Both the position numbers and the translations under genes were made by a program. A DNA stretch of 64,000 bases from Auanema rhodensis (lineage: Eukaryota; Animalia; Nematoda), in NCBI GenBank assembly GCA_964057225.1, contig CAXKVF010000072.1, forward strand, positions 1-64,000. Reading direction: 5' to 3'. The notes under the pieces were generated by a model. The model was given only the letters and a program-made list of their open reading frames with translations. It was not told the DNA's origin and made no database searches. Of the stretch, positions 43,401-56,318 are shown piece after piece. Positions within the stretch are counted from its first letter, which is position 1, and each line of letters starts with the position of its first letter.

Positions 43401-43470
43401 TTAAAGTTCACGTAAATTTCAAAGTCATGGTTACCATGCACCAATATCAATAAAAATTTGTTTTTAGACT
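37311..43470 (+). repeat. Block duplication at 25-monomer (4400-bp) offset, about 10 monomers matched
   Basis: Monomers with TTTTAAAAACC+TCAAGTG (37311/41711), ATGTAC+GCATTTC (37663/42063), G13A (37839/42239), C46A (38015/42415), CAAAGTTT (38367/42767), CATCACTT (38543/42943) and AAATCTG (38719/43119). Confidence 0.85.
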
Positions 43471-45590
43471 AATATGGACATGGGGAATCTAATTTTGAAA
43501 ACCGCATCTCTTTATATTTCACGTGAAGCGAGTTACATACCAAGTGCACATCACGTGTACATTTAATTAGCATAAATTAAAGTTCACGTAAATTTCAAAG
43601 TCATGGTTACCATGAACCAATATCAATAAAAATTTGTTTTTAGACTAATATGGACATGGGGAATCTAATTTTGAAAACCGCATCTCTTTATCTTTCACGT
43701 GAAGCGAGTTACATACCAAGTGCACATCACGTGTACATTTAATTAGCATAAATTAAAGTTCACGTAAATTTCAAAGTCATGGTTACCATGCACCAATATC
43801 AATAAAAATTTGTTTTTAGACTAATATGGACATGGGGAATCTAATTTTGAAAACCGCATCTCTTTATCTTCCACGTGAAGCGAGTTACATACCAAGTGCA
43901 CATCACGTGTACATTTAATTAGCATAAATTAAAGTTCACGTAAATTTCAAAGTCATGGTTACCATGAACCAATATCAATAAAAATTTGTTTTTAGACTAA
44001 TATGTACATGGGGAATCTAATTTTGAAAACCGCATCTCTTTATCTTTCACGTGAAGCGAGTTACATATCAAGTGCACATCACGTGTACATTTAATTAGCA
44101 TAAATTAAAGTTCACGTAAATTTCAAAGTCATTGTTACCATGCACCAATATCAATAAAAATTTGTTTTTAGACTAATATGGACATGGGGAATCTAATTTT
44201 GAAAACCGCATTTCTTTATCTTTCACGTGAAGCGAGTTACATACCAAGTGCACATCACGTGTACATTTAATTAGCATAAATTAAAGTTCACGTAAATTTC
44301 AAAGTCATGGTTACCATGCACCAATATCAATAAAAATTTGTTTTTAGACTAATATGGACATGAGGAATCTAATTTTGAAAACCGCATCTCTTTATCTTTC
44401 ACGTGAAGCGAGTTACATACCAAGTGCACATCACGTGTACATTTAATTAGCATAAATTAAAGTTCACGTAAATTTCAAAGTCATGGTTACCATGCACCAA
44501 TATCAATAAAAATTTGTTTTTAGACTAATATGGACATGGGGAATCTAATTTTGAAAACCGCATCTCTTTATATTTCACGTGAAGCGAGTTACATACCAAG
44601 TGCACATCACGTGTACATTTAATTAGCATAAATTAAAGTTCACGTAAATTTCAAAGTCATGGTTACCATGAACCAATATCAATAAAAATTTGTTTTTAGA
44701 CTAATATGGACATGGGGAATCTAATTTTGAAAACCGCATCTCTTTATCTTTCACGTGAAGCGAGTTACATACCAAGTGCACATCACGTGTACATTTAATT
44801 AGCATAAATTAAAGTTCACGTAAATTTCAAAGTCATGGTTACCATGCACCAATATCAATAAAAATTTGTTTTTAGACTAATATGGACATGGGGAATCTAA
44901 TTTTGAAAACCGCATCTCTTTATCTTCCACGTGAAGCGAGTTACATACCAAGTGCACATCACGTGTACATTTAATTAGCATAAATTAAAGTTCACGTAAA
45001 TTTCAAAGTCATGGTTACCATGAACCAATATCAATAAAAATTTGTTTTTAGACTAATATGTACATGGGGAATCTAATTTTGAAAACCGCATCTCTTTATC
45101 TTTCACGTGAAGCGAGTTACATACCAAGTGCACATCACGTGTACATTTAATTAGCATAAATTAAAGTTCACGTAAATTTCAAAGTCATGGTTACCATGCA
45201 CCAATATCAATAAAAATTTGTTTTTAGACTAATATGGACATGGGGAATCAAAGTTTGAAAACCGCATCTCTTTATCTTTCACGTGAAGCGAGTTACATAC
45301 CAAGTGCACATCACGTGTACATTTAATTAGCATAAATTAAAGTTCACGTAAATTTCAAAGTCATGGTTACCATGCACCAATATCAATAAAAATTTGTTTT
45401 TAGACTAATATGGACATGAGGAATCTAATTTTGAAAACCGCATCTCTTTATCTTTCACGTGAAGCGAGTTACATACCAAGTGCACATCACGTGTACATTT
45501 AATTAGCATAAATTAAAGTTCACGTAAATTTCAAAGTCATGGTTACCATGCACCAATATCAATAAAAATTTGTTTTTAGACTAATATGGA

Positions 45591-46646
45591 CATGGGGAAT
45601 ATAATTTTGAAAACCGCATCTCTTTATATTTCACGTGAAGCGAGTTACATACCAAGTGCACATCACGTGTACATTTAATTAGCATAAATTAAAGTTCACG
45701 TAAATTTCAAAGTCATGGTTACCATGAACCAATATCAATAAAAATTTGTTTTTAGACTAATATGGACATGGGGAATCTAATTTTGAAAACCGCATCTCTT
45801 TATATTTCACGTGAAGCGAGTTACATACCAAGTGCACATCACGTGTACATTTAATTAGCATAAATTAAAGTTCACGTAAATTTCAAAGTCATGGTTACCA
45901 TGCACCAATATCAATAAAAATTTGTTTTTAGACTAATATGGACATGGGGAATCTAATTTTGAAAACCGCATCTCTTTATCTTTCACGTGAAGCGAGTTAC
46001 ATACCAAGTGCACATCACGTGTACATTTAATTAGCATAAATTAAAGTTCACGTAAATTTCAAAGTCATGGTTACCATGCACCAATATCAATAAAAATTTG
46101 TTTTTAGACTAATATGGACATGGGGAATATAATTTTGAAAACCGCATCTCTTTATATTTCACGTGAAGCGAGTTACATACCAAGTGCACATCACGTGTAC
46201 ATTTAATTAGCATAAATTAAAGTTCACGTAAATTTCAAAGTCATGGTTACCATGCACCAATATCAATAAAAATTTGTTTTTAGACTAATATGGACATGGG
46301 GAATCTAATTTTGAAAACCGCATCTCTTTATATTTCACGTGAAGCGAGTTACATACCAAGTGCACATCACGTGTACATTTAATTAGCATAAATTAAAGTT
46401 CACGTAAATTTCAAAGTCATGGTTACCATGCACCAATATCAATAAAAATTTGTTTTTAGACTAATATGGACATGGGGAATCTAATTTTGAAAACCGCATC
46501 TCTTTATCTTTCACGTGAAGCGAGTTACATACCAAGTGCACATCACGTGTACATTTAATTAGCATAAATTAAAGTTCACGTAAATTTCAAAGTCATGGTT
46601 ACCATGAACCAATATCAATAAAAATTTGTTTTTAGACTAATATGTA
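45591..46646 (+). repeat. 3-monomer (528-bp) tandem duplication
   Basis: GAATATAATT+C46A monomer at 45591 and 46119, each followed by a C46A monomer and then a consensus-like monomer. Confidence 0.7.
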
Positions 46647-48750
46647 CATGGGGAATCTAATTTTGAAAACCGCATCTCTTTATCTTTCACGTGAAGCGAG
46701 TTACATACCAAGTGCACATCACGTGTACATTTAATTAGCATAAATTAAAGTTCACGTAAATTTCAAAGTCATGGTTACCATGCACCAATATCAATAAAAA
46801 TTTGTTTTTAGACTAATATGGACATGGGGAATCTAATTTTGAAAACCGCATCTCTTTATATTTCACGTGAAGCGAGTTACATACCAAGTGCACATCACGT
46901 GTACATTTAATTAGCATAAATTAAAGTTCACGTAAATTTCAAAGTCATGGTTACCATGAACCAATATCAATAAAAATTTGTTTTTAGACTAATATGGACA
47001 TGGGGAATCTAATTTTGAAAACCGCATTTCTTTATCTTTCACGTGAAGCGAGTTACATACCAAGTGCACATCACGTGTACATTTAATTAGCATAAATTAA
47101 AGTTCACGTAAATTTCAAAGTCATGGTTACCATGAACCAATATCAATAAAAATTTGTTTTTAGACTAATATGGACATGAGGAATCTAATTTTGAGAACCG
47201 CATCTCTTTATCTTTCACGTGAAGCGAGTTACATACCAAGTGCACATCACGTGTACATTTAATTAGCATAAATTAAAGTTCACGTAAATTTCAAAGTCAT
47301 GGTTACCATGCACCAATATCAATAAAAATTTGTTTTTAGACTAATATGGACATGGGGAATCTAATTTTGAAAACCGCATCTCTTTATATTTCACGTGAAG
47401 CGAGTTACATACCAAGTGCACATCACGTGTACATTTAATTAGCATAAATTAAAGTTCACGTAAATTTCAAAGTCATGGTTACCATGAACCAATATCAATA
47501 AAAATTTGTTTTTAGACTAATATGGACATGGGGAATCTAATTTTGAAAACCGCATCTCTTTATCTTTCACGTGAAGCGAGTTACATACCAAGTGCACATC
47601 ACGTGTACATTTAATTAGCATAAATTAAAGTTCACGTAAATTTCAAAGTCATGGTTACCATGCACCAATATCAATAAAAATTTGTTTTTAGACTAATATG
47701 GACATGGGGAATCTAATTTTGAAAACCGCATCTCTTTATCTTCCACGTGAAGCGAGTTACATACCAAGTGCACATCACGTGTACATTTAATTAGCATAAA
47801 TTAAAGTTCACGTAAATTTCAAAGTCATGGTTACCATGAACCAATATCAATAAAAATTTGTTTTTAGACTAATATGTACATGGGGAATCTAATTTTGAAA
47901 ACCGCATCTCTTTATCTTTCACGTGAAGCGAGTTACATACCAAGTGCACATCACGTGTACATTTAATTAGCATAAATTAAAGTTCACGTAAATTTCAAAG
48001 TCATGGTTACCATGCACCAATATCAATAAAAATTTGTTTTTAGACTAATATGGACATGGGGAATCAAAGTTTGAAAACCGCATCTCTTTATCTTTCACGT
48101 GAAGCGAGTTACATACCAAGTGCACATCACGTGTACATTTAATTAGCATAAATTAAAGTTCACGTAAATTTCAAAGTCATGGTTACCATGAACCAATATC
48201 AATAAAAATTTGTTTTTAGACTAATATGGACATGGGGAATCTAATTTTGAAAACCGCATCACTTTATCTTTCACGTGAAGCGAGTTACATACCAAGTGCA
48301 CATCACGTGTACATTTAATTAGCATAAATTAAAGTTCACGTAAATTTCAAAGTCATGGTTACCATGCACCAATATCAATAAAAATTTGTTTTTAGACTAA
48401 TATGGACATGGGGAATCTAATTTTGAAAACCGCATCTCTTTATCTTTCACGTGAAGCGAGTTACATACCAAGTGCACATCACGTGTACATTTAATTAGCA
48501 TAAATTAAAGTTCACGTAAATTTCAAAGTCATGGTTACCATGAACCAATATCAATAAAAATTTGTTTTTAGACTAATATGGACATGGGGAATCTAATTTT
48601 GAAAACCGCATCTCTTTATCTTTCACGTGAAGCGAGTTACATACCAAGTGCACATCACGTGTACATTTAATTAGCATAAATTAAAGTTCACGTAAATTTC
48701 AAAGTCATGGTTACCATGCACCAATATCAATAAAAATTTGTTTTTAGACT

Positions 48751-51390
48751 AATATGGACATGGGGAATCTAATTTTGAAAACCGCATCTCTTTATCTTTC
48801 ACGTGAAGCGAGTTACATATCAAGTGCACATCACGTGTACATTTAATTAGCATAAATTAAAGTTCACGTAAATTTCAAAGTCATTGTTACCATGCACCAA
48901 TATCAATAAAAATTTGTTTTTAGACTAATATGGACATGGGGAATCTAATTTTGAAAACCGCATCTCTTTATCTTTCACGTGAAGCGAGTTACATATCAAG
49001 TGCACATCACGTGTACATTTAATTAGCATAAATTAAAGTTCACGTAAATTTCAAAGTCATTGTTACCATGCACCAATATCAATAAAAAATTGTTTTTAGA
49101 CTAATATGGACATGGGGAATCTAATTTTGAAAACCGCATTTCTTTATCTTTCACGTGAAGCGAGTTACATACCAAGTGCACATCACGTGTACATTTAATT
49201 AGCATAAATTAAAGTTCACGTAAATTTCAAAGTCATGGTTACCATGCACCAATATCAATAAAAATTTGTTTTTAGACTAATATGGACATGAGGAATCTAA
49301 TTTTGAAAACCGCATCTCTTTATCTTTCACGTGAAGCGAGTTACATACCAAGTGCACATCACGTGTACATTTAATTAGCATAAATTAAAGTTCACGTAAA
49401 TTTCAAAGTCATGGTTACCATGAACCAATATCAATAAAAATTTGTTTTTAGACTAATATGGACATGAGGAATCTAATTTTGAAAACCGCATCTCTTTATC
49501 TTTCACGTGAAGCGAGTTACATACCAAGTGCACATCACGTGTACATTTAATTAGCATAAATTAAAGTTCACGTAAATTTCAAAGTCATGGTTACCATGCA
49601 CCAATATCAATAAAAATTTGTTTTTAGACTAATATGGACAGGGGGAATCTAATTTTGAAAACCGCATCTCTTTATATTTCACGTGAAGCGAGTTACATAC
49701 CAAGTGCACATCACGTGTACATTTAATTAGCATAAATTAAAGTTCACGTAAATTTCAAAGTCATGGTTACCATGAACCAATATCAATAAAAATTTGTTTT
49801 TAGACTAATATGGACATGGGGAATCTAATTTTGAAAACCGCATCTCTTTATCTTTCACGTGAAGCGAGTTACATACCAAGTGCACATCACGTGTACATTT
49901 AATTAGCATAAATTAAAGTTCACGTAAATTTCAAAGTCATGGTTACCATGCACCAATATCAATAAAAATTTGTTTTTAGACTAATATGGACATGGGGAAT
50001 CTAATTTTGAAAACCGCATCTCTTTATCTTCCACGTGAAGCGAGTTACATACCAAGTGCACATCACGTGTACATTTAATTAGCATAAATTAAAGTTCACG
50101 TAAATTTCAAAGTCATGGTTACCATGCACCAATATCAATAAAAATTTGTTTTTAGACTAATATGGACATGGGGAATCTAATTTTGAAAACCGCATCTCTT
50201 TATCTTTCACGTGAAGCGAGTTACATACCAAGTGCACATCACGTGTACATTTAATTAGCATAAATTAAAGTTCACGTAAATTTCAAAGTCATTGTTACCA
50301 TGCACCAATATCAATAAAAATTTGTTTTTAGACTAATATGGACATGGGGAATCTAATTTTGAAAACCGCATCTCTTTATCTTTCACGTGAAGCGAGTTAC
50401 ATATCAAGTGCACATCACGTGTACATTTAATTAGCATAAATTAAAGTTCACGTAAATTTCAAAGTCATTGTTACCATGCACCAATATCAATAAAAAATTG
50501 TTTTTAGACTAATATGGACATGGGGAATCTAATTTTGAAAACCGCATTTCTTTATCTTTCACGTGAAGCGAGTTACATACCAAGTGCACATCACGTGTAC
50601 ATTTAATTAGCATAAATTAAAGTTCACGTAAATTTCAAAGTCATGGTTACCATGCACCAATATCAATAAAAATTTGTTTTTAGACTAATATGGACATGAG
50701 GAATCTAATTTTGAAAACCGCATCTCTTTATCTTTCACGTGAAGCGAGTTACATACCAAGTGCACATCACGTGTACATTTAATTAGCATAAATTAAAGTT
50801 CACGTAAATTTCAAAGTCATGGTTACCATGCACCAATATCAATAAAAATTTGTTTTTAGACTAATATGGACAGGGGGAATCTAATTTTGAAAACCGCATC
50901 TCTTTATATTTCACGTGAAGCGAGTTACATACCAAGTGCACATCACGTGTACATTTAATTAGCATAAATTAAAGTTCACGTAAATTTCAAAGTCATGGTT
51001 ACCATGAACCAATATCAATAAAAATTTGTTTTTAGACTAATATGGACATGGGGAATCTAATTTTGAAAACCGCATCTCTTTATCTTTCACGTGAAGCGAG
51101 TTACATACCAAGTGCACATCACGTGTACATTTAATTAGCATAAATTAAAGTTCACGTAAATTTCAAAGTCATGGTTACCATGCACCAATATCAATAAAAA
51201 TTTGTTTTTAGACTAATATGGACATGGGGAATCTAATTTTGAAAACCGCATCTCTTTATCTTCCACGTGAAGCGAGTTACATACCAAGTGCACATCACGT
51301 GTACATTTAATTAGCATAAATTAAAGTTCACGTAAATTTCAAAGTCATGGTTACCATGCACCAATATCAATAAAAATTTGTTTTTAGACT
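48751..51390 (+). repeat. 8-monomer / 7-monomer tandem duplication
   Basis: CATTGTT+AAAAAATTG monomer at 48927/50335 (offset 8 monomers). GACAGGGGG monomer at 49631/50863 (offset 7 monomers). The first copy has two G13A monomers (49279, 49455), the second has one (50687). Confidence 0.88.
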
Positions 51391-51918
51391 AATATGGACA
51401 TGGGGAATCTAATTTTGAAAACCGCATCTCTTTATCTTTCACGTGAAGCGAGTTACATACCAAGTGCACATCACGTGTACATTTAATTAGCATAAATTAA
51501 AGTTCACGTAAATTTCAAAGTCATGGTTACCATGCACCAATATCAATAAAAATTTGTTTTTAGACTAATATGGACATGGGGAATCTAATTTTGAAAACCG
51601 CATCTCTTTATCTTTCACGTGAAGCGAGTTACATACCAAGTGCACATCACGTGTACATTTAATTAGCATAAATTAAAGTTCACGTAAATTTCAAAGTCAT
51701 GGTTACCATGCACCAATATCAATAAAAATTTGTTTTTAGACTAATATGGACATGGGGAATCTAATTTTGAAAACCGCATCTCTTTATCTTTCACGTGAAG
51801 CGAGTTACATACCAAGTGCACATCACGTGTACATTTAATTAGCATAAATTAAAGTTCACGTAAATTTCAAAGTCATGGTTACCATGCACCAATATCAATA
51901 AAAATTTGTTTTTAGACT

Positions 51919-54900
51919 AATATGGACATGGGGAATCTAATTTTGAAAACCGCATCTCTTTATCTTTCACGTGAAGCGAGTTACATACCAAGTGCACAAC
52001 ACGTGTACATTTAATTAGCATAAATTAAAGTTCACGTAAATTTCAAAGTCATGGTTACCATGCACCAATATCAATAAAAATCTGTTTTTAGACTAATATG
52101 GACATGGGGAATCTAATTTTGAAAACCGCATCTCTTTATCTTTCACGTGAAGCGAGTTACATACCAAGTGCACATCACGTGTACATTTAATTAGCATAAA
52201 TTAAAGTTCACGTAAAATTCAAAGTCATGGTTACCATGCACCAATATCAATAAAAATTTGTTTTTAGACTAATATGGACATGGGGAATCTAATTTTGAAA
52301 ACCGCATCTCTTTATCTTTCACGTGAAGCGAGTTACATACCAAGTGCACATCACGTGTACATTTAATTAGCATAAATTAAAGTTCACGTAAATTTCAAAG
52401 TCATGGTTACCATGCACCAATATCAATAAAAATTTGTTTTTAGACTAATATGGACATGGGGAATCTAATTTTGAAAACCGCATCTCTTTATCTTTCACGT
52501 GAAGCGAGTTACATACCAAGTGCACATCACGTGTACATTTAATTAGCATAAATTAAAGTTCACGTAAATTTCAAAGTCATGGTTACCATGCACCAATATC
52601 AATAAAAATTTGTTTTTAGACTAATATGGACATGGGGAATCTAATTTTGAAAACCGCATCTCTTTATCTTTCACGTGAAGCGAGTTACATACCAAGTGCA
52701 CATCACGTGTACATTTAATTAGCATAAATTAAAGTTCACGTAAATTTCAAAGTCATGGTTACCATGCACCAATATCAATAAAAATTTGTTTTTAGACTAA
52801 TATGGACATGGGGAATCTAATTTTGAAAACCGCATCTCTTTATCTTTCACGTGAAGCGAGTTACATACCAAGTGCACATCACGTGTACATTTAATTAGCA
52901 TAAATTAAAGTTCACGTAAATTTCAAAGTCATGGTTACCATGCACCAATATCAATAAAAATTTGTTTTTAGACTAATATGGACATGGGGAATCTAATTTT
53001 GAAAACCGCATCTCTTTATCTTTCACGTGAAGCGAGTTACATATCAAGTGCACATCACGTGTACATTTAATTAGCATAAATTAAAGTTCACGTAAATTTC
53101 AAAGTCATGGTTACCATTAACCAATATCAATAAAAATTTGTTTTTAGACTAATATGGACATGGGGAATCTAATTTTGAAAACCGCATCTCTTTATCTTTC
53201 AAGTGAAGCGAGTTACATACCAAGTGCACATCACGTGTACATTTAATTAGCATAAATTAAAGTTCACGTAAATTTCAAAGTCATGGTTACCATGCACCAG
53301 TATCAATAAAAATTTGTTTTTAGACTAATATGGACATGGGGAATCTAATTTTGAAAACCGCATTTCTTTATCTTTCACGTGAAGCGAGTTACATACCAAG
53401 TGCACATCACGTGTACATTTAATTAGCATAAATTAAAGTTCACGTAAATTTCAAAGTCATGGTTACCATGCACCAATATCAATAAAAATTTGTTTTTAGA
53501 CTAATATGGACATGAGGAATCTAATTTTGAAAACCGCATCTCTTTATCTTTCACGTGAAGCGAGTTACATACCAAGTGCACATCACGTGTACATTTAATT
53601 AGCATAAATTAAAGTTCACGTAAATTTCAAAGTCATGGTTACCATGCACCAATATCAATAAAAATTTGTTTTTAGACTAATATGGACATGGGGAATCTAA
53701 TTTTGAAAACCGCATCTCTTTATATTTCACGTGAAGCGAGTTACATACCAAGTGCACATCACGTGTACATTTAATTAGCATAAATTAAAGTTCACGTAAA
53801 TTTCAAAGTCATGGTTACCATGAACCAATATCAATAAAAATTTGTTTTTAGACTAATATGGATATGGGGAATCTAATTTTGAAAACCGCATCTCTTTATC
53901 TTTCACGTGAAGCGAGTTACATACCAAGTGCACATCACGTGTACATTTAATTAGCATAAATTAAAGTTCACGTAAATTTCAAAGTCATGGTTACCATGCA
54001 CCAATATCAATAAAAATTTGTTTTTAGACTAATATGGACATGGGGAATCAAAGTTTGAAAACCGCATCTCTTTATCTTTCACGTGAAGCGAGTTACATAC
54101 CAAGTGCACATCACGTGTACATTTAATTAGCATAAATTAAAGTTCACGTAAATTTCAAAGTCATGGTTACCATGAACCAATATCAATAAAAATTTGTTTT
54201 TAGACTAATATGGACATGGGGAATCTAATTTTGAAAACCGCATCACTTTATCTTTCACGTGAAGCGAGTTACATACCAAGTGCACATCACGTGTACATTT
54301 AATTAGCATAAATTAAAGTTCACGTAAATTTCAAAGTCATGGTTACCATGCACCAATATCAATAAAAATTTGTTTTTAGACTAATATGGACATGGGGAAT
54401 CTAATTTTGAAAACCGCATCTCTTTATCTTTCACGTGAAGCGAGTTACATACCAAGTGCACAACACGTGTACATTTAATTAGCATAAATTAAAGTTCACG
54501 TAAATTTCAAAGTCATGGTTACCATGCACCAATATCAATAAAAATCTGTTTTTAGACTAATATGGACATGGGGAATCTAATTTTGAAAACCGCATCTCTT
54601 TATCTTTCACGTGAAGCGAGTTACATACCAAGTGCACATCACGTGTACATTTAATTAGCATAAATTAAAGTTCACGTAAAATTCAAAGTCATGGTTACCA
54701 TGCACCAATATCAATAAAAATTTGTTTTTAGACTAATATGGACATGGGGAATCTAATTTTGAAAACCGCATCTCTTTATCTTTCACGTGAAGCGAGTTAC
54801 ATACCAAGTGCACATCACGTGTACATTTAATTAGCATAAATTAAAGTTCACGTAAATTTCAAAGTCATGGTTACCATGCACCAATATCAATAAAAATTTG

Positions 54901-56318
54901 TTTTTAGACTAATATGGACATGGGGAATCTAATTTTGAAAACCGCATCTCTTTATCTTTCACGTGAAGCGAGTTACATACCAAGTGCACAACACGTGTAC
55001 ATTTAATTAGCATAAATTAAAGTTCACGTAAATTTCAAAGTCATGGTTACCATGCACCAATATCAATAAAAATCTGTTTTTAGACTAATATGGACATGGG
55101 GAATCTAATTTTGAAAACCGCATCTCTTTATCTTTCACGTGAAGCGAGTTACATACCAAGTGCACATCACGTGTACATTTAATTAGCATAAATTAAAGTT
55201 CACGTAAAATTCAAAGTCATGGTTACCATGCACCAATATCAATAAAAATTTGTTTTTAGACTAATATGGACATGGGGAATCTAATTTTGAAAACCGCATC
55301 TCTTTATCTTTCACGTGAAGCGAGTTACATACCAAGTGCACATCACGTGTACATTTAATTAGCATAAATTAAAGTTCACGTAAATTTCAAAGTCATGGTT
55401 ACCATGCACCAATATCAATAAAAATCTGTTTTTAGACTAATATGGACATGGGGAATCTAATTTTGAAAACCGCATCTCTTTATCTTTCACGTGAAGCGAG
55501 TTACATATCAAGTGCACATCACGTGTACATTTAATTAGCATAAATTAAAGTTCACGTAAATTTCAAAGTCATGGTTACCATTAACCAATATCAATAAAAA
55601 TTTGTTTTTAGACTAATATGGACATGGGGAATCTAATTTTGAAAACCGCATCTCTTTATCTTTCAAGTGAAGCGAGTTACATACCAAGTGCACATCACGT
55701 GTACATTTAATTAGCATAAATTAAAGTTCACGTAAATTTCAAAGTCATGGTTACCATGCACCAGTATCAATAAAAATTTGTTTTTAGACTAATATGGACA
55801 TGGGGAATCTAATTTTGAAAACCGCATTTCTTTATCTTTCACGTGAAGCGAGTTACATACCAAGTGCACATCACGTGTACATTTAATTAGCATAAATTAA
55901 AGTTCACGTAAATTTCAAAGTCATGGTTACCATGCACCAATATCAATAAAAATTTGTTTTTAGACTAATATGGACATGAGGAATCTAATTTTGAAAACCG
56001 CATCTCTTTATCTTTCACGTGAAGCGAGTTACATACCAAGTGCACATCACGTGTACATTTAATTAGCATAAATTAAAGTTCACGTAAATTTCAAAGTCAT
56101 GGTTACCATGCACCAATATCAATAAAAATTTGTTTTTAGACTAATATGGACATGGGGAATCTAATTTTGAAAACCGCATCTCTTTATATTTCACGTGAAG
56201 CGAGTTACATATCAAGTGCACATCACGTGTACATTTAATTAGCATAAATTAAAGTTCACGTAAATTTCAAAGTCATGGTTACCATTAACCAATATCAATA
56301 AAAATTTGTTTTTAGACT
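51919..56318 (+). repeat. 14-monomer (2464-bp) offset duplication with a nested 3-mer repeat
   Basis: CACAACAC+AAATCTG at 51919/54383, GTAAAATTC at 52095/54559, TCAAGTG+CACCAGT at 53151/55615, GCATTTC at 53327/55791, G13A at 53503/55967. An extra CACAACAC/GTAAAATTC pair sits at 54911/55087. Confidence 0.82.
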
